DNA of 58,866 nt, from positions 1-58,866 of the IMG/VR virus record IMGVR_UViG_3300037423_000489. The stretch is one strand, 5' to 3'. Below are positions 1 to 9,947 of this stretch, piece after piece. A model generated the notes under the pieces. The model was given only the letters and a program-made list of their open reading frames with translations. It did not search any database and had not been told where the DNA came from. A program made the position numbers and the translations under genes. Within the stretch, counting starts at the first letter, position 1, and every line of letters starts with the position of its first letter. This DNA is from a virus. Lineage: Duplodnaviria > Caudoviricetes.

Positions 1-59
1 GGCACGTACAGAAAAAATACCCTTTTTCAAAAGAAATCAGCAAATAGACGAGGCATGAA

Positions 60-479
60 ATGGCAGGCGTTAAAGGAAAAAGTGGCGGGCCACGCAAGAA
101 TGCGGGTGGCGCGCGTCCTGGAGCCGGCCGCAAGCCTAAAAACAAGCAGCAGGAATCAGCAAATATTCCGCTGACAGGTGGAGTTGGGGTGTCGCTTGAG
201 CCGCAGCCGCATGGTGGCGCCCTGAAACGTTCAAAAGCCGAGCCTGTCGTCATTGAAGGCGACGACACCTTAAAGCTGTTGCAAGACATTGCATTTGGCA
301 GGGTTGATGCCACAAATATTCAGGTTCGCGCAGCCATTGCGGCCGTTCAATATACGCACACGAAGCGCGGAGACGGCGGCAAGAAAGACGAAAAGAACAA
401 CAAGGCCAAGGAAGTCGCAAGCAGGTTTGCTCCTGCTGCACCGCCTAAACTTGTCGCGGCCGGCGGCAAGAAAGTTTGA
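60..479 (+). CDS. terS: Terminase small subunit
   Basis: Basic Gly-rich N-terminus (GGARPGAGRKPK) typical of phage TerS; stop overlaps start of terL; GAGG RBS. Confidence 0.8.
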   Translation: MAGVKGKSGGPRKNAGGARPGAGRKPKNKQQESANIPLTGGVGVSLEPQPHGGALKRSKAEPVVIEGDDTLKLLQDIAFGRVDATNIQVRAAIAAVQYTHTKRGDGGKKDEKNNKAKEVASRFAPAAPPKLVAAGGKKV

Positions 480-2164
480 AAGTGAAGTGGTCCACATCCT
501 GCAAAGATTGGGAAAGCAGGCTGATTGATGGTCGATCCATCATTCCGAAGCCTATATTTCCAGATCAAGCAGAACAGGCGCTTGCCATATTCAAGCAATT
601 GCGGGTTGTCGATTTGCCTGGAAAGCCGACCTTTGGCGAATGTAGCGAGCAATGGGTATTCGATTTTGTGGCGGCCATTTTCGGTGCGTACGACGCTGAA
701 TCCGGAAAGCAGTTGATCCGCGAATTCTTTCTGTTGATCAGTAAGAAAAACACGAAATCGACTATTGCGGCCGGAATCATGCTGACAGCCGTGATTTTGT
801 GCTGGCGCGAGGAAGAAGAGCATCTCATCCTTGCCCCGACCAAGGAAGTGGCAGACAACAGTTATAAGCCAGCTGCAGGCATGGTGCGCGCTGATGAAGA
901 ACTGAGCGCATTGTTCCATGTTCAGGACCATGTGCGAACCATCACGCACCGCGTGACGCGCGCATCGCTCAAGGTCGTGGCGGCAGATACAGAGACGGTT
1001 TCCGGTAAAAAGTCCGGTCGCGTGCTAGTTGATGAGCATTGGGTATTCGGCAAGCGTGCAAATGCTGATGCCATGTTCATGGAAGCCACAGGCGGCCAAG
1101 TATCACGCGATGAAGGATGGGTTATTTACTTGTCCACGCAAAGCGATGATCCGCCTGCCGGCGTGTTCAAGGAAAAGCTGAACTATTACCGTGATGTTCG
1201 AGACGGGATCATCGACGACAAAAAATCATTGGGCGTGCTGTACGAGTTTCCCACGCAGATGATCGAATCGAAGGCATATCTCGACCCGAAAAACTTTTAC
1301 ATCACCAATCCGAATATTGGTAGCTCAGTCAGCGCCGAATGGTTGGCAGACCAGCTGAAGAAAAATCAAACCAAGCAAGACGGCGCGTTTCAACAGTTTC
1401 TTGCCAAGCATCTGAATATTGAGATCGGCCTGAATTTACGGTCAGGTCGCTGGCCTGGCGCCGAGTTCTGGGAAAAGCAGGGCAGCAATGATGTATCGCT
1501 CGACACAATCATCGAGCGCTGCGAAGTGGTGGACATCGGCATTGATGGTGGCGGCTTGGATGACTTGCTCGGTATGGCAGTTGCCGGACGCGACAGAGAG
1601 ACACGCGAATGGCTTGGATGGACGCACGCGTGGGCGCATCCATCTGTTCTTCAGCGACGCACTGACATTGCGCCACGCTTGAGTGATTTTCAGCGTGACG
1701 GCGATTTGACGATGGTGCAAGAAATCGGCGATGACGTTGAAGAGGTCGCAGAAATCGCGGCGCGGATCCAGGAAGCCGGATTGCTCGACAAGATCGGCGT
1801 GGACCCTGCAGGGCTTGGCGGCATTCTGGATGCATTGGCCGAGGCCGGCATCCCTGAAGACAAGATCATTGGCATCTCGCAAGGCTGGAAGATGACCGGC
1901 GCCATCAAAACAACTGAACGCAAACTAGCAGAGGGCGTGCTGGTGCATGGCGGTCAGCCGATGATGGCCTGGTGCGTGAGCAATGCAAAGGTCGAGCCGC
2001 GCGGCAACGCAATCATCATCACAAAACAAGCAGCTGGCTCGGCAAAGATCGACCCGCTCATGGCGATGTTCAATGCAATTTCATTGCTATCGCTGAATCC
2101 TGAACCACCAGAAAGTGCGCTCGGCGGCGTTCTGCCGGCCGATTATGAAGTCATGACCGCATAG
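476..2164 (+). CDS. terL: Terminase large subunit
   Basis: Walker A-like SKKNTKST, Walker B VLVDEHW, nuclease IGIDGGGLDD and C-terminal KIDPLMA motifs. Confidence 0.95.
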   Translation: MKVKWSTSCKDWESRLIDGRSIIPKPIFPDQAEQALAIFKQLRVVDLPGKPTFGECSEQWVFDFVAAIFGAYDAESGKQLIREFFLLISKKNTKSTIAAGIMLTAVILCWREEEEHLILAPTKEVADNSYKPAAGMVRADEELSALFHVQDHVRTITHRVTRASLKVVAADTETVSGKKSGRVLVDEHWVFGKRANADAMFMEATGGQVSRDEGWVIYLSTQSDDPPAGVFKEKLNYYRDVRDGIIDDKKSLGVLYEFPTQMIESKAYLDPKNFYITNPNIGSSVSAEWLADQLKKNQTKQDGAFQQFLAKHLNIEIGLNLRSGRWPGAEFWEKQGSNDVSLDTIIERCEVVDIGIDGGGLDDLLGMAVAGRDRETREWLGWTHAWAHPSVLQRRTDIAPRLSDFQRDGDLTMVQEIGDDVEEVAEIAARIQEAGLLDKIGVDPAGLGGILDALAEAGIPEDKIIGISQGWKMTGAIKTTERKLAEGVLVHGGQPMMAWCVSNAKVEPRGNAIIITKQAAGSAKIDPLMAMFNAISLLSLNPEPPESALGGVLPADYEVMTA

Positions 2165-2172
2165 GTGAACAG

Positions 2173-2346
2173 TTGAACATCAAAATTTTTAATATTTGCC
2201 TGCTGATTGGCTGGCTAATGGTCACGATCGGCGGAATGCTTTTGAACGTTGGAGCCGGATTGTGCATTGGCGGCGCATTATTGATTGGATTGACCATCGT
2301 CATGAGCAAAATCGGCGGACTCTTCGTTCAAAAGGATAATCTGTAA
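2173..2346 (+). CDS. Small membrane protein (57 aa) between terL and portal
   Basis: Hand-translated from TTG (MNIKIFNICLLIGWLMVTIGGMLLNVGAGLCIGGALLIGLTIV...); two hydrophobic segments; TAA overlaps portal ATG. Confidence 0.65.
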   Translation: MNIKIFNICLLIGWLMVTIGGMLLNVGAGLCIGGALLIGLTIVMSKIGGLFVQKDNL

Positions 2347-3821
2347 TGTTCTTGAGCGGAATAAAAGCAGAGGACCGTTCGCCGTGGGGCCATTTCTGGT
2401 TTGAGCCAGTTGGCGTGCGTACCGGCAGCGGCGTGCGCGTCACCGCCGATACCGCGCTTACGTTATCTGCAGTATTTCGTGCCGTGTCGCTGGTATCTGG
2501 TCATTTGGCATTGCTGCCAATCCGCTTTTACAAGAAAGGCACACGCCAACAGATCGTCAATCATCCAGTATTGAACCTGCTCAACAAGCGCCCGAATCGC
2601 TGGCAGAACGCTTTCGAGTGGCGCGAGATGATGCAGGGGCATATTGAGCTGCGCGGGAATGCCTACAACGAGATTTATTCGGATGGGCGCGGCGAAATTC
2701 AAGAACTGATCCCGCGTCATCCTGATAAGGTCAAGATCAAGGTTCTTGACAATGGCGATTACAACTATTTGATCACCAATCCGGACGGAACGCAGCGCAC
2801 TGTACCGCGCGGAAGCATCTGGCACATTCGCGGGCTCTCTTCGGATGGAATTGTCGGCTTGGCCGTACTGGAATATGCGCGCGAATCGTTCGGCCTCGGC
2901 ATTGCGGCCAAGAGCTATGGCGCGCGCTTCTTTGCAAACGACGCGAAACCGACAGGCGGTTGGATTGAATACCCTGGCACCTATCGCGACAAGACGCAAA
3001 AGCAGGCGATCCGCGAAACGCTGCAAGACGCACAGAGCGGAATGAATCGCGGCAAGCTCATGATGCTTGACTACGGCATGAAGTATCACGAAGTCGGGCC
3101 CACAAATGAAGACATGCAGTTTTTGGGCACGCAAGAGCACTCGGTAACGGACGTTGCACGCTGGTTCGGCGTGCCGCCGCATAAAATCGGCGCACTGGAC
3201 CGCGCCACGAACAACAATATCGAGCAACAGGCACTTGAATATGTAACCGATGGCCTGATGACGCGCGCCAGCCGCAATGTAGCAGCGATCAAAGCTGATT
3301 TGCTGTTCGACGATGAAGAGTTTGATGTCGAATACGACTTTTCTGAATTCTTGCGCGGCGATTCCACGGCGCTGTCGAACTTTATCACCAAAATGACGAA
3401 CAGCGGCATCCTGACAAGGAACGAAGGTCGCGCGATGGTCGGCAAAGATCCATTGCCAGGACTCGATACACCGTTACTGCCATTGAACATGGTCGAAGAG
3501 CCTGGAAACGATGAGCCTGATAGCGACGATAAGCAACAAAAGCCAGTAAAACAGACACCATCAAGCGACGTTGAAGCATTGCGATCGATCCGACATGCTT
3601 CTGCTGCACGTCTTGCACGGCGCGCCGCCGGTGCATTGGAAAAGAAAAGCGCTGCTGAAGTATTTGATGACGATTTTGCCGAATTAATCGCTGAATCGAT
3701 GGCGGTTCCAGTTGAAAAGGCAAAAAACTGGTGCAGCGGCATGCGATCTTTCAAAAGATGGGATGAATCACAAATTCGCAGCGCATTGATCAGCGAATTC
3801 ATTTTAGAGGTAACAATATGA
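2346..3821 (+). CDS. HK97-family portal protein
   Basis: LLNKRPNRWQNAFEWRE, HIRGLSSDGIVG, ARWFGVPPHKIG, NNIEQQ, LTRNEGR motifs. Confidence 0.95.
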   Translation: MFLSGIKAEDRSPWGHFWFEPVGVRTGSGVRVTADTALTLSAVFRAVSLVSGHLALLPIRFYKKGTRQQIVNHPVLNLLNKRPNRWQNAFEWREMMQGHIELRGNAYNEIYSDGRGEIQELIPRHPDKVKIKVLDNGDYNYLITNPDGTQRTVPRGSIWHIRGLSSDGIVGLAVLEYARESFGLGIAAKSYGARFFANDAKPTGGWIEYPGTYRDKTQKQAIRETLQDAQSGMNRGKLMMLDYGMKYHEVGPTNEDMQFLGTQEHSVTDVARWFGVPPHKIGALDRATNNNIEQQALEYVTDGLMTRASRNVAAIKADLLFDDEEFDVEYDFSEFLRGDSTALSNFITKMTNSGILTRNEGRAMVGKDPLPGLDTPLLPLNMVEEPGNDEPDSDDKQQKPVKQTPSSDVEALRSIRHASAARLARRAAGALEKKSAAEVFDDDFAELIAESMAVPVEKAKNWCSGMRSFKRWDESQIRSALISEFILEVTI

Positions 3822-4828
3822 AACACGAACGCTTTATTGCTTGGTGCCTTGCTGAACCTTGGGCTTTGATGCCTGAACGTATGGCAGCTTATGCCGCAGT
3901 CCTGGCACGCAAGTTCGCATTGCCAGCTGCTGGCTTAACACATGAGCCGGACGACAATGCACCAAGTGCAGGCCCACGCCAATCAAGAGGCGGCGGTTCG
4001 CGCAGTGGTTCGATTGCAGTCATTCCCGTATATGGAATGATCGTTCAACGCGCAAGCCAGATCGACATTTGCGAAGGTGGAACAAGCACACAGCAAATCA
4101 GTTCCATGCTGGCAGACGCCAATGCAGATGACACCGTTGCGCAAATCCTCCTCGACATCGATAGCCCAGGCGGATCGGTGTACGGCGTGCAAGAACTCGC
4201 AGCAGAAATCATGCAATCGAAAAAACCTGTGATTGCAGTCGCCAACAGCTTGGCAGCCAGCGCCGCCTATTGGATCGGCTGCGCGGCAAATGAGTTTTAC
4301 GTGACTCCAGGCGGCGAAGTCGGCTCGATCGGCGTGTGGATGGCGCATCAAGATTGGAGCAAAGCGCTTGAAGAAGCTGGCGTCAATACTACGATGATCT
4401 CGGCGGGTAAATTCAAAGTTGAAGGAAACCCATATCAGCCACTTGATGCAGATGCGCGCGCATTCATGCAGTCCCGCGTTGATGATTACTACTCTGCATT
4501 CACCAAAGGCGTATCGAAAGGCCGCAAAGTTGGCATCGACGCCGTGCGCAATGGAATGGGGCAGGGGCGCGTACTCGGGGCCGATCAGGCTCTCTCTGAA
4601 AAAATGGTCGATGGCATCATGACGTTCGATCAGGTGGTCGCCAAGATGTCGAAAGCTATCCGTTCTGGTAATACTGCCAGCGCTTCTACTCAAATATCGA
4701 CAATCACGATCGACGCACGCACTGATGCCGAAGTTGTGCAAGCCGCTGTTTCCAATTACATCGCACAAGCAGAAGCGAATCCGAATGGACATCAAGCCGC
4801 ACTCTTGCGCCGCAGATTGGAAATTTAA
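3818..4828 (+). CDS. S49 (SppA-like) prohead protease
   Basis: LDIDSPGGSV, AASAAYWI, VGSIGV motifs; located between portal and capsid. Confidence 0.92.
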   Translation: MKHERFIAWCLAEPWALMPERMAAYAAVLARKFALPAAGLTHEPDDNAPSAGPRQSRGGGSRSGSIAVIPVYGMIVQRASQIDICEGGTSTQQISSMLADANADDTVAQILLDIDSPGGSVYGVQELAAEIMQSKKPVIAVANSLAASAAYWIGCAANEFYVTPGGEVGSIGVWMAHQDWSKALEEAGVNTTMISAGKFKVEGNPYQPLDADARAFMQSRVDDYYSAFTKGVSKGRKVGIDAVRNGMGQGRVLGADQALSEKMVDGIMTFDQVVAKMSKAIRSGNTASASTQISTITIDARTDAEVVQAAVSNYIAQAEANPNGHQAALLRRRLEI

Positions 4829-4916
4829 GGAATTGGGCCGCACAGCCCGCCCGCCAAGTCCGTTGATTTGGTGTTACCCGCCCGAAGGCGGGAAGTGCAA
4901 CCCGCAGTAACAGACA

Positions 4917-4971
4917 GCCGCCGAAAGGCGGTTTTTTTATGCCTATCGAACCCGCCGCGTGCGGGTTTTTT
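4917..4971 (+). terminator. Two tandem GC hairpins with U-tracts upstream of the capsid gene
   Basis: gccgccgaaaggcgg-T7 followed by aacccgccgcgtgcgggtttttt. Confidence 0.65.
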
Positions 4972-4990
4972 CATTTAAGGAACCGAAATC

Positions 4991-6349
4991 ATGAGTAAAA
5001 AACTCCGCGAGTTGCAAGCCAAGAAGGCGCAAGCTGCTCAAGCCAAATCTGAATCCCTGAAAGCCGCATCCGGCCTGCTCGACAAAGCAGCTGCCGAATC
5101 GCGCGATCTGACCGCAGAAGAGCAAGCCGAATTCGGCAAGCACAAAGCTGCAGCCGATGCCAAAGCTGGCGACATCGATCGCATTCAAACTCAGATCGAC
5201 ATCGAGCAAGAAATGATCGCCGCACAAGCACAAGCGCAAGGCGTTGTGCATATTGCTGGCAACGGCACCGACATTCGCGTTGAAGAAAACGTCGAGAAAG
5301 ACCCGAAGCGCGGATGGACAAGCAAGGGCGACTTCTTCAAAGCAGTTCGTTCCGCATCAAACGCTGCCGCAACTGGTGCACAGATCGATCCGCGCTTGCG
5401 TATTGGCGCAGCTGCGCCGACGACCTACAGCAATGAGGGCAATGGAGCTGACGGCGGCTTCGCAATTCCACCTGCATTTTCACAAGAAATCTGGCGCTTG
5501 TCGTTGGATGACGGCTCTTTGGTTCCAATGACCTTGAATACCGAAGTCTCCGGTAACAGCATGGTATTCCCAAAAGATGAAACCACACCATGGGGTGGTA
5601 ATGGGGTACAGGCATATTGGAAAGGTGAAGCATCTGCAGCCAACCAAAGCAAGCTGCTTTTGGGCACCGAGATGATGCGCTTGAAAGAGCTTATGGTTCT
5701 CGTCCCAGTGACAAATGAATTGCTGGATGACGCACCTGCGCTCGGAACATATATCACGCCACTGGCAGGTGAACGTATCCAATGGAAGACCAATGAGGCA
5801 ATCTTGTTTGGCCCAGGTGGACAACAACCTCAAGGCTGCATGAGCAGCAATGCTTTGGTCGTGGTCGCTAAAGAGAGTGGGCAGGCAACACAGACGATTT
5901 CTCAGCCTAACATTTCAAAAATGCGCAGTCGTCTTTTGACCGGCCAGCTGAAAAACGCAATCTGGATCGGAAACCCTGACATTTTGCCAGCACTGGAAGG
6001 TTTAACAGTCGGTCAAATCCCGATCTTCTTGCCACCTGGGACAGGTATTCGTGAAGGCGGTTATGACGGCACTCTGAATGGTCGTCCGCTGATCCTTTCT
6101 GAACATGCGAGCGCATTCAGCTCGCAAGGCGACCTTTCGCTGATCTCTCTGAAAGGGTATCGCACCATTACCAAGGCAGGCGGAATTGAAACTGCAACAT
6201 CCATGCATCTGTATTTCGATGCAAATGCTACAGCATTCCGCTTCATCTTCCGTATCGATGGTCAGCCTGTGATGCAAGCACCTGTCACACCTCCAGCTGG
6301 CAAGAGCACCAATACACGCAGCTATTTCGTGACACTCGGCGCTCGCTAA
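4991..6349 (+). CDS. Major capsid protein, HK97 fold with N-terminal coiled-coil delta domain
   Basis: Coiled-coil N-terminus, DGGFAIPP motif, AYWKGE, TLNGRP, C-terminal FVTLGAR. Confidence 0.95.
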   Translation: MSKKLRELQAKKAQAAQAKSESLKAASGLLDKAAAESRDLTAEEQAEFGKHKAAADAKAGDIDRIQTQIDIEQEMIAAQAQAQGVVHIAGNGTDIRVEENVEKDPKRGWTSKGDFFKAVRSASNAAATGAQIDPRLRIGAAAPTTYSNEGNGADGGFAIPPAFSQEIWRLSLDDGSLVPMTLNTEVSGNSMVFPKDETTPWGGNGVQAYWKGEASAANQSKLLLGTEMMRLKELMVLVPVTNELLDDAPALGTYITPLAGERIQWKTNEAILFGPGGQQPQGCMSSNALVVVAKESGQATQTISQPNISKMRSRLLTGQLKNAIWIGNPDILPALEGLTVGQIPIFLPPGTGIREGGYDGTLNGRPLILSEHASAFSSQGDLSLISLKGYRTITKAGGIETATSMHLYFDANATAFRFIFRIDGQPVMQAPVTPPAGKSTNTRSYFVTLGAR

Positions 6350-6420
6350 TCCTAGCGAATCTGCAAATGGCGGCTTGAAATAGCCGCCTCAATTGAATAT
6401 CACCGGAAAGGAATTTCATC

Positions 6421-6867
6421 ATGGAACAAAATGTTAAATTGTCCGAGCAAATGGCTATTCTCGGCACTATCAATCCTGCCAGTGTCGCCGCTGGAACAGT
6501 CGTATCTACTTGGGTTTCAGTCGCAAACTTCAATCGTTTGGCCGCGATCTTGCAAACCGGATCGCTTGGCGCATCGGCTACCGTTGATGCAAAACTGCGT
6601 CAAGCAACTGATTCAAGCGGCACTGGCGCAAAAGACATCACAGGAAAATCCATCACGCAACTTGTTAAGGCAAGTAACGACAACAATCAAGTTGTGTTGG
6701 ATTGCAGCGCGGAAGATGTGGATGCAACAAATGGATATGGATATGTTGCATTGTCAGTCACAGTTGGCACGGCGGCGTCCCTGCTGAGCGCGCTTATGAT
6801 CGGCGGCAATGCTCGTTTTGAGCCTGCTTCCGCCTTCAATCCGACTACCGTCGTGCAGGTTGTTTAA
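6421..6867 (+). CDS. Putative capsid decoration protein
   Basis: Ala/Thr/Val-rich beta-type 148-aa protein directly after the capsid gene, followed by a terminator. Confidence 0.55.
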   Translation: MEQNVKLSEQMAILGTINPASVAAGTVVSTWVSVANFNRLAAILQTGSLGASATVDAKLRQATDSSGTGAKDITGKSITQLVKASNDNNQVVLDCSAEDVDATNGYGYVALSVTVGTAASLLSALMIGGNARFEPASAFNPTTVVQVV

Positions 6868-6875
6868 CTAAGAAA

Positions 6876-6908
6876 ATAATGCCCAGGCTTCGGTCTGGGC
6901 ATTATTTT
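6876..6908 (+). terminator. Rho-independent terminator
   Basis: aataatgcccagg-cttcg-gtctgggcattatt followed by T-tract. Confidence 0.75.
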
Positions 6909-6927
6909 CACTAACACATAAAAATCA

Positions 6928-7779
6928 ATGGCCCTCCAGCTAATCACGCCGCCATCGGCAGAGCCTATCCATCTCAATGATGCGATCACGCATATTAAGC
7001 AGACATCTGGCGTAGACGATAGCCACATTACTGCATCGGTCATTGCAGCGCGGAAGTCTGCCGAAAATGCGACGTGGCGGCAGTTGGTATCTGCGAGGTA
7101 TAAGCAAGTACATGACAGTTTTCCTGGCATCGGTGTTTTCGGCGTCAATTGGGGCCACACCTATCAGATACCGAAGAATGCCATTTTGTTGGAGCGCCTG
7201 CCTGTTCAATTGGTAGAGAGCATCCAATACATAGCAATGGACGGCACGACGCAGACAGTCGATCCATCTATCTACACCGTCGATTATTCGACTGAGCCGT
7301 GCCGCATCACGCCGAAATTCGGGCAAATATGGCCAATTCCTTTGCCGCAAATCGGCGCGGTATGGGTGACATTCATTGCAGGCTTCGCAGCGCCTATCAC
7401 GGCAGACGCGACGGCAGACACGATTTCGATCTCGCTATGGAAAACGCTCTCGGTCGGTGATGCCGTTCGCTTTACCAATAGCGGTGGCGCATTGCCTTCG
7501 CCACTGAAAGTGCAAACAGATTACTACATTGCAGCCAATCCATCTGCTGGCGTGTATCAGCTCTCCGCGACTTCTGGCGGCGCAGTAATCGACATTGCCG
7601 ATGTGGGAACTGGGAACAGCTTTATAGGTGAAATGCCGGACGACATTCTGGCATGGATCAAATTGCGCATTGGCTCGCTCGACATATTCCGCGAAGAAGC
7701 GATCGCCATGAATCGCGGCAAGATCGAGACGCTGCCATTTGTTGACAGCCTGCTCGATAGCTACGCTCGCTGGTGGTGA
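6928..7779 (+). CDS. Head-tail connector (gp6-like) with inserted beta domain
   Basis: LITPPSAEPIHL..K.H N-terminus and PDDILAWIKL..LLDSY C-terminus; ~75-aa insertion. Confidence 0.85.
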   Translation: MALQLITPPSAEPIHLNDAITHIKQTSGVDDSHITASVIAARKSAENATWRQLVSARYKQVHDSFPGIGVFGVNWGHTYQIPKNAILLERLPVQLVESIQYIAMDGTTQTVDPSIYTVDYSTEPCRITPKFGQIWPIPLPQIGAVWVTFIAGFAAPITADATADTISISLWKTLSVGDAVRFTNSGGALPSPLKVQTDYYIAANPSAGVYQLSATSGGAVIDIADVGTGNSFIGEMPDDILAWIKLRIGSLDIFREEAIAMNRGKIETLPFVDSLLDSYARWW

Positions 7780-7780
7780 T

Positions 7781-8119
7781 ATGTCAGTCGTATTTAAAGC
7801 CGGTGATTACCGCAAATTAGTGACCATTCAGCAGCGTAGCCTGACGCAAGACAGCTACGGCGGACAGTCCGAAACATGGTCTGACGTGATGACCGTATGG
7901 GCATCGATCGAGCCGCTTTCATCGCGTGAGCTGATGGCGGCGCAAGCCGTTCAATCTGAAACAACACATCAGATTCGCATGCGCTATGTCGATGGCATTA
8001 CCGCTGACATGCGCGCTGTCTACAACGGACGGTATTTCAACCTTGCACGGCCGCTCAATACTGAAGAGCGAAACATCGAGCTAGTCATCCCAGCAATTGA
8101 GGGGCTGAACCGTGGCTAG
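7781..8119 (+). CDS. Head closure protein (SPP1 gp16-like)
   Basis: VTIQ..QDSYGG..W..VWASIEPLSSRE..IRMRY motif. Confidence 0.9.
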   Translation: MSVVFKAGDYRKLVTIQQRSLTQDSYGGQSETWSDVMTVWASIEPLSSRELMAAQAVQSETTHQIRMRYVDGITADMRAVYNGRYFNLARPLNTEERNIELVIPAIEGLNRG

Positions 8120-8459
8120 CATCGAAGAGCAATTGAAATCGACGCTGAACGGACTCGTCAGCAACAAGGTATTTCCGATGATTGCGCCAGACAGCACGAC
8201 TGGCTCATACATCACCTATCAGAACATCATCAATTCACCAGAAAACACGCTTGCCGATGGCATTTCGATCAACAACACGCGCATGCAGATTGACTGCTGG
8301 GCAGATGACTACAGCACTGTCAAAGCGCTTGCTGATTCAGTTGCCACAGCATTGGCCGCAGCAAGTTTTACGAATATCCCGAAATCGACTCGTGACGGAT
8401 ATGAACCAGTCGTCAAAAAGTTTCGCGTGATTCTCGATTATTCATTCTGGTGGAATTGA
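8112..8459 (+). CDS. Tail terminator (DUF3168-like)
   Basis: VFPMIAP, YITYQ, RMQIDCWA motifs; position before tail tube gene. Confidence 0.8.
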   Translation: MASIEEQLKSTLNGLVSNKVFPMIAPDSTTGSYITYQNIINSPENTLADGISINNTRMQIDCWADDYSTVKALADSVATALAAASFTNIPKSTRDGYEPVVKKFRVILDYSFWWN

Positions 8460-8474
8460 CCCACTTTTAACCCG

Positions 8475-8524
8475 CCCGCTTCGGCGGGTTTTTTTATTTC
8501 AACCCGCCGCGTGCGGGTTTTTTC
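8475..8524 (+). terminator. Two tandem GC hairpins with U-tracts upstream of tail tube gene
   Basis: cccgcttcggcggg-T7 then aacccgccgcgtgcgggtttttt, the latter identical to 4949-4971. Confidence 0.65.
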
Positions 8525-8540
8525 TTTTTAAGGAGTCATC

Positions 8541-9185
8541 ATGCCGTCAACAGCTATCAGCGCACAAGGATCAAAGTTCTATATCGGCACAGGAACTGGT
8601 GGAGCAAAAACAATTTCTGCCGTCACGGTTGGCAATCCTACTATTGTGACTGCTACTGCGCACGGCTTTAGCAACGGGGACGTTGTAACACTCGCTGGTT
8701 TTACCGGTGCAGACGCAGCTACTTTGAATGGTCAAACAGTTGTCGTGAAAAACGTTACAACGAACACGTTCGCATTCGACATCGACACGACTGGCAAGAC
8801 GATCACAATCGGTACCGTAACCGCTACACCAGTCACTTGGACACAAATCAAAAACCTGAAATCCTTCACTGGTTTGGATGGTTCGCCTTCCGACATCGAC
8901 ATCACCAATTTGGACAGCACGGCGAAAGAATACACGCCCGGTTTGGTTGATAACGGCATGTTTTCCGGAGAAGTCGATCGCGATCAATCTGATGCCGGCC
9001 AATTGGCATTCGATGCAGCTCGTGTGGCGGGCACAACCAAGAACTTCAAACTCGTTTTCCCATCCAGCGTGGCAACCGCAACATTCAGCGGCTATGTGAA
9101 GAAATTTGGCTTGGCCGGTGGCGTTGATCAGGTTCTGAAAACACCGTTCGACATCCGCATCACCGGCGCCGTCAGCTGGTCGTAA
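8541..9185 (+). CDS. Major tail tube protein (siphovirus)
   Basis: AISAQGSK, IDITNLDSTAKEY..GLVDNG, FSGYVKKF, IRITGAV motifs; strong AAGGAG RBS. Confidence 0.9.
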   Translation: MPSTAISAQGSKFYIGTGTGGAKTISAVTVGNPTIVTATAHGFSNGDVVTLAGFTGADAATLNGQTVVVKNVTTNTFAFDIDTTGKTITIGTVTATPVTWTQIKNLKSFTGLDGSPSDIDITNLDSTAKEYTPGLVDNGMFSGEVDRDQSDAGQLAFDAARVAGTTKNFKLVFPSSVATATFSGYVKKFGLAGGVDQVLKTPFDIRITGAVSWS

Positions 9186-9219
9186 TCCGGCATTTTTAAA
9201 TACTCAATAAGGAGATGAA

Positions 9220-9621
9220 ATGGGATTACTGACACGCGACCAGATTCTTGGCGCAAATGATTTGAAGGTCGAAACCGTCGAAGTGCCGGAATGGGGAGGC
9301 AGTGTGCAGGTTCGCACGCTGACCGGCAAGGATCGCGATGCATTCGTCGAATCCTTGCCGACCAAACCGGACGGCACCACAGATCCGAAAAACTATCGTT
9401 CCGCCTTGCTCGCTTTCACCCTTGTTGATGAAAACGGCGAACTTCTGTTCAGCGAAGAGGACGTGAACGCACTTGGAAACAAGAGCGCGACAGCGATCAT
9501 GCGCGTGTTCGCTGTCGCCAACAAATTGAACGGCATCAGCGCCAGCGCCGTCAAGGAAGAGGAAAAAAACTCCGACGCCGCCCAGAGCGGCGCTTCTACT
9601 TCCGACTCTGCCTCCAGCTAG
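9220..9621 (+). CDS. Tail assembly chaperone (lambda G analogue)
   Basis: VEVPEWGGSVQVR, LVDENGELLF, ends EEKN at a slippery site. Confidence 0.9.
   Translation: MGLLTRDQILGANDLKVETVEVPEWGGSVQVRTLTGKDRDAFVESLPTKPDGTTDPKNYRSALLAFTLVDENGELLFSEEDVNALGNKSATAIMRVFAVANKLNGISASAVKEEEKNSDAAQSGASTSDSASS
9564..9570 (+). other. Programmed -1 ribosomal frameshift site A AAA AAC
   Basis: In-frame X XXY YYZ heptamer; -1 frame is open (LRRRPERRFYFRLCLQLGFSHPDQMLASL...) into ORF ending 9947. Confidence 0.85.
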
Positions 9622-9947
9622 GGTTTTCCCATCCGGACCAAATGCTTGCTTCGCTCACGTCGAAGCAAGTGGCCGAATGGATGGCTTTCAACAATGTAGA
9701 AGGCATCGGCGGCGAGCCAGCGGAGAACTTCAGGGCTGGTCAAATCTGCTCGACAGTCGCCAACTTCAGCACATGGGAAATCAAGGAGCCGTTCAAAGGT
9801 TCCGACTTTATCCCCATGTTGGAAGACGAAAAGAAGTCGAAAGAGCCGATTTTACTAGCCGATCCGAAGGAACATGCGAAGTTGATCATGTCTCAGGTGT
9901 TCGGAACCACGATGGAAGCAGCCTACGGGAAGAAAAAGAATGGGTGA
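9570..9947 (+). CDS. Frameshifted C-terminal part of tail chaperone (GT analogue)
   Basis: LTSKQVAEWMAF motif, continuous with the -1 frame. Confidence 0.8.
   Translation, partial: LRRRPERRFYFRLCLQLGFSHPDQMLASLTSKQVAEWMAFNNVEGIGGEPAENFRAGQICSTVANFSTWEIKEPFKGSDFIPMLEDEKKSKEPILLADPKEHAKLIMSQVFGTTMEAAYGKKKNG

Noticed and set aside
347-4843. Long antisense ORFs opposite terL, portal and protease
   Set aside because: Shadow frames of GC-biased genes; no RBS or recognisable motifs
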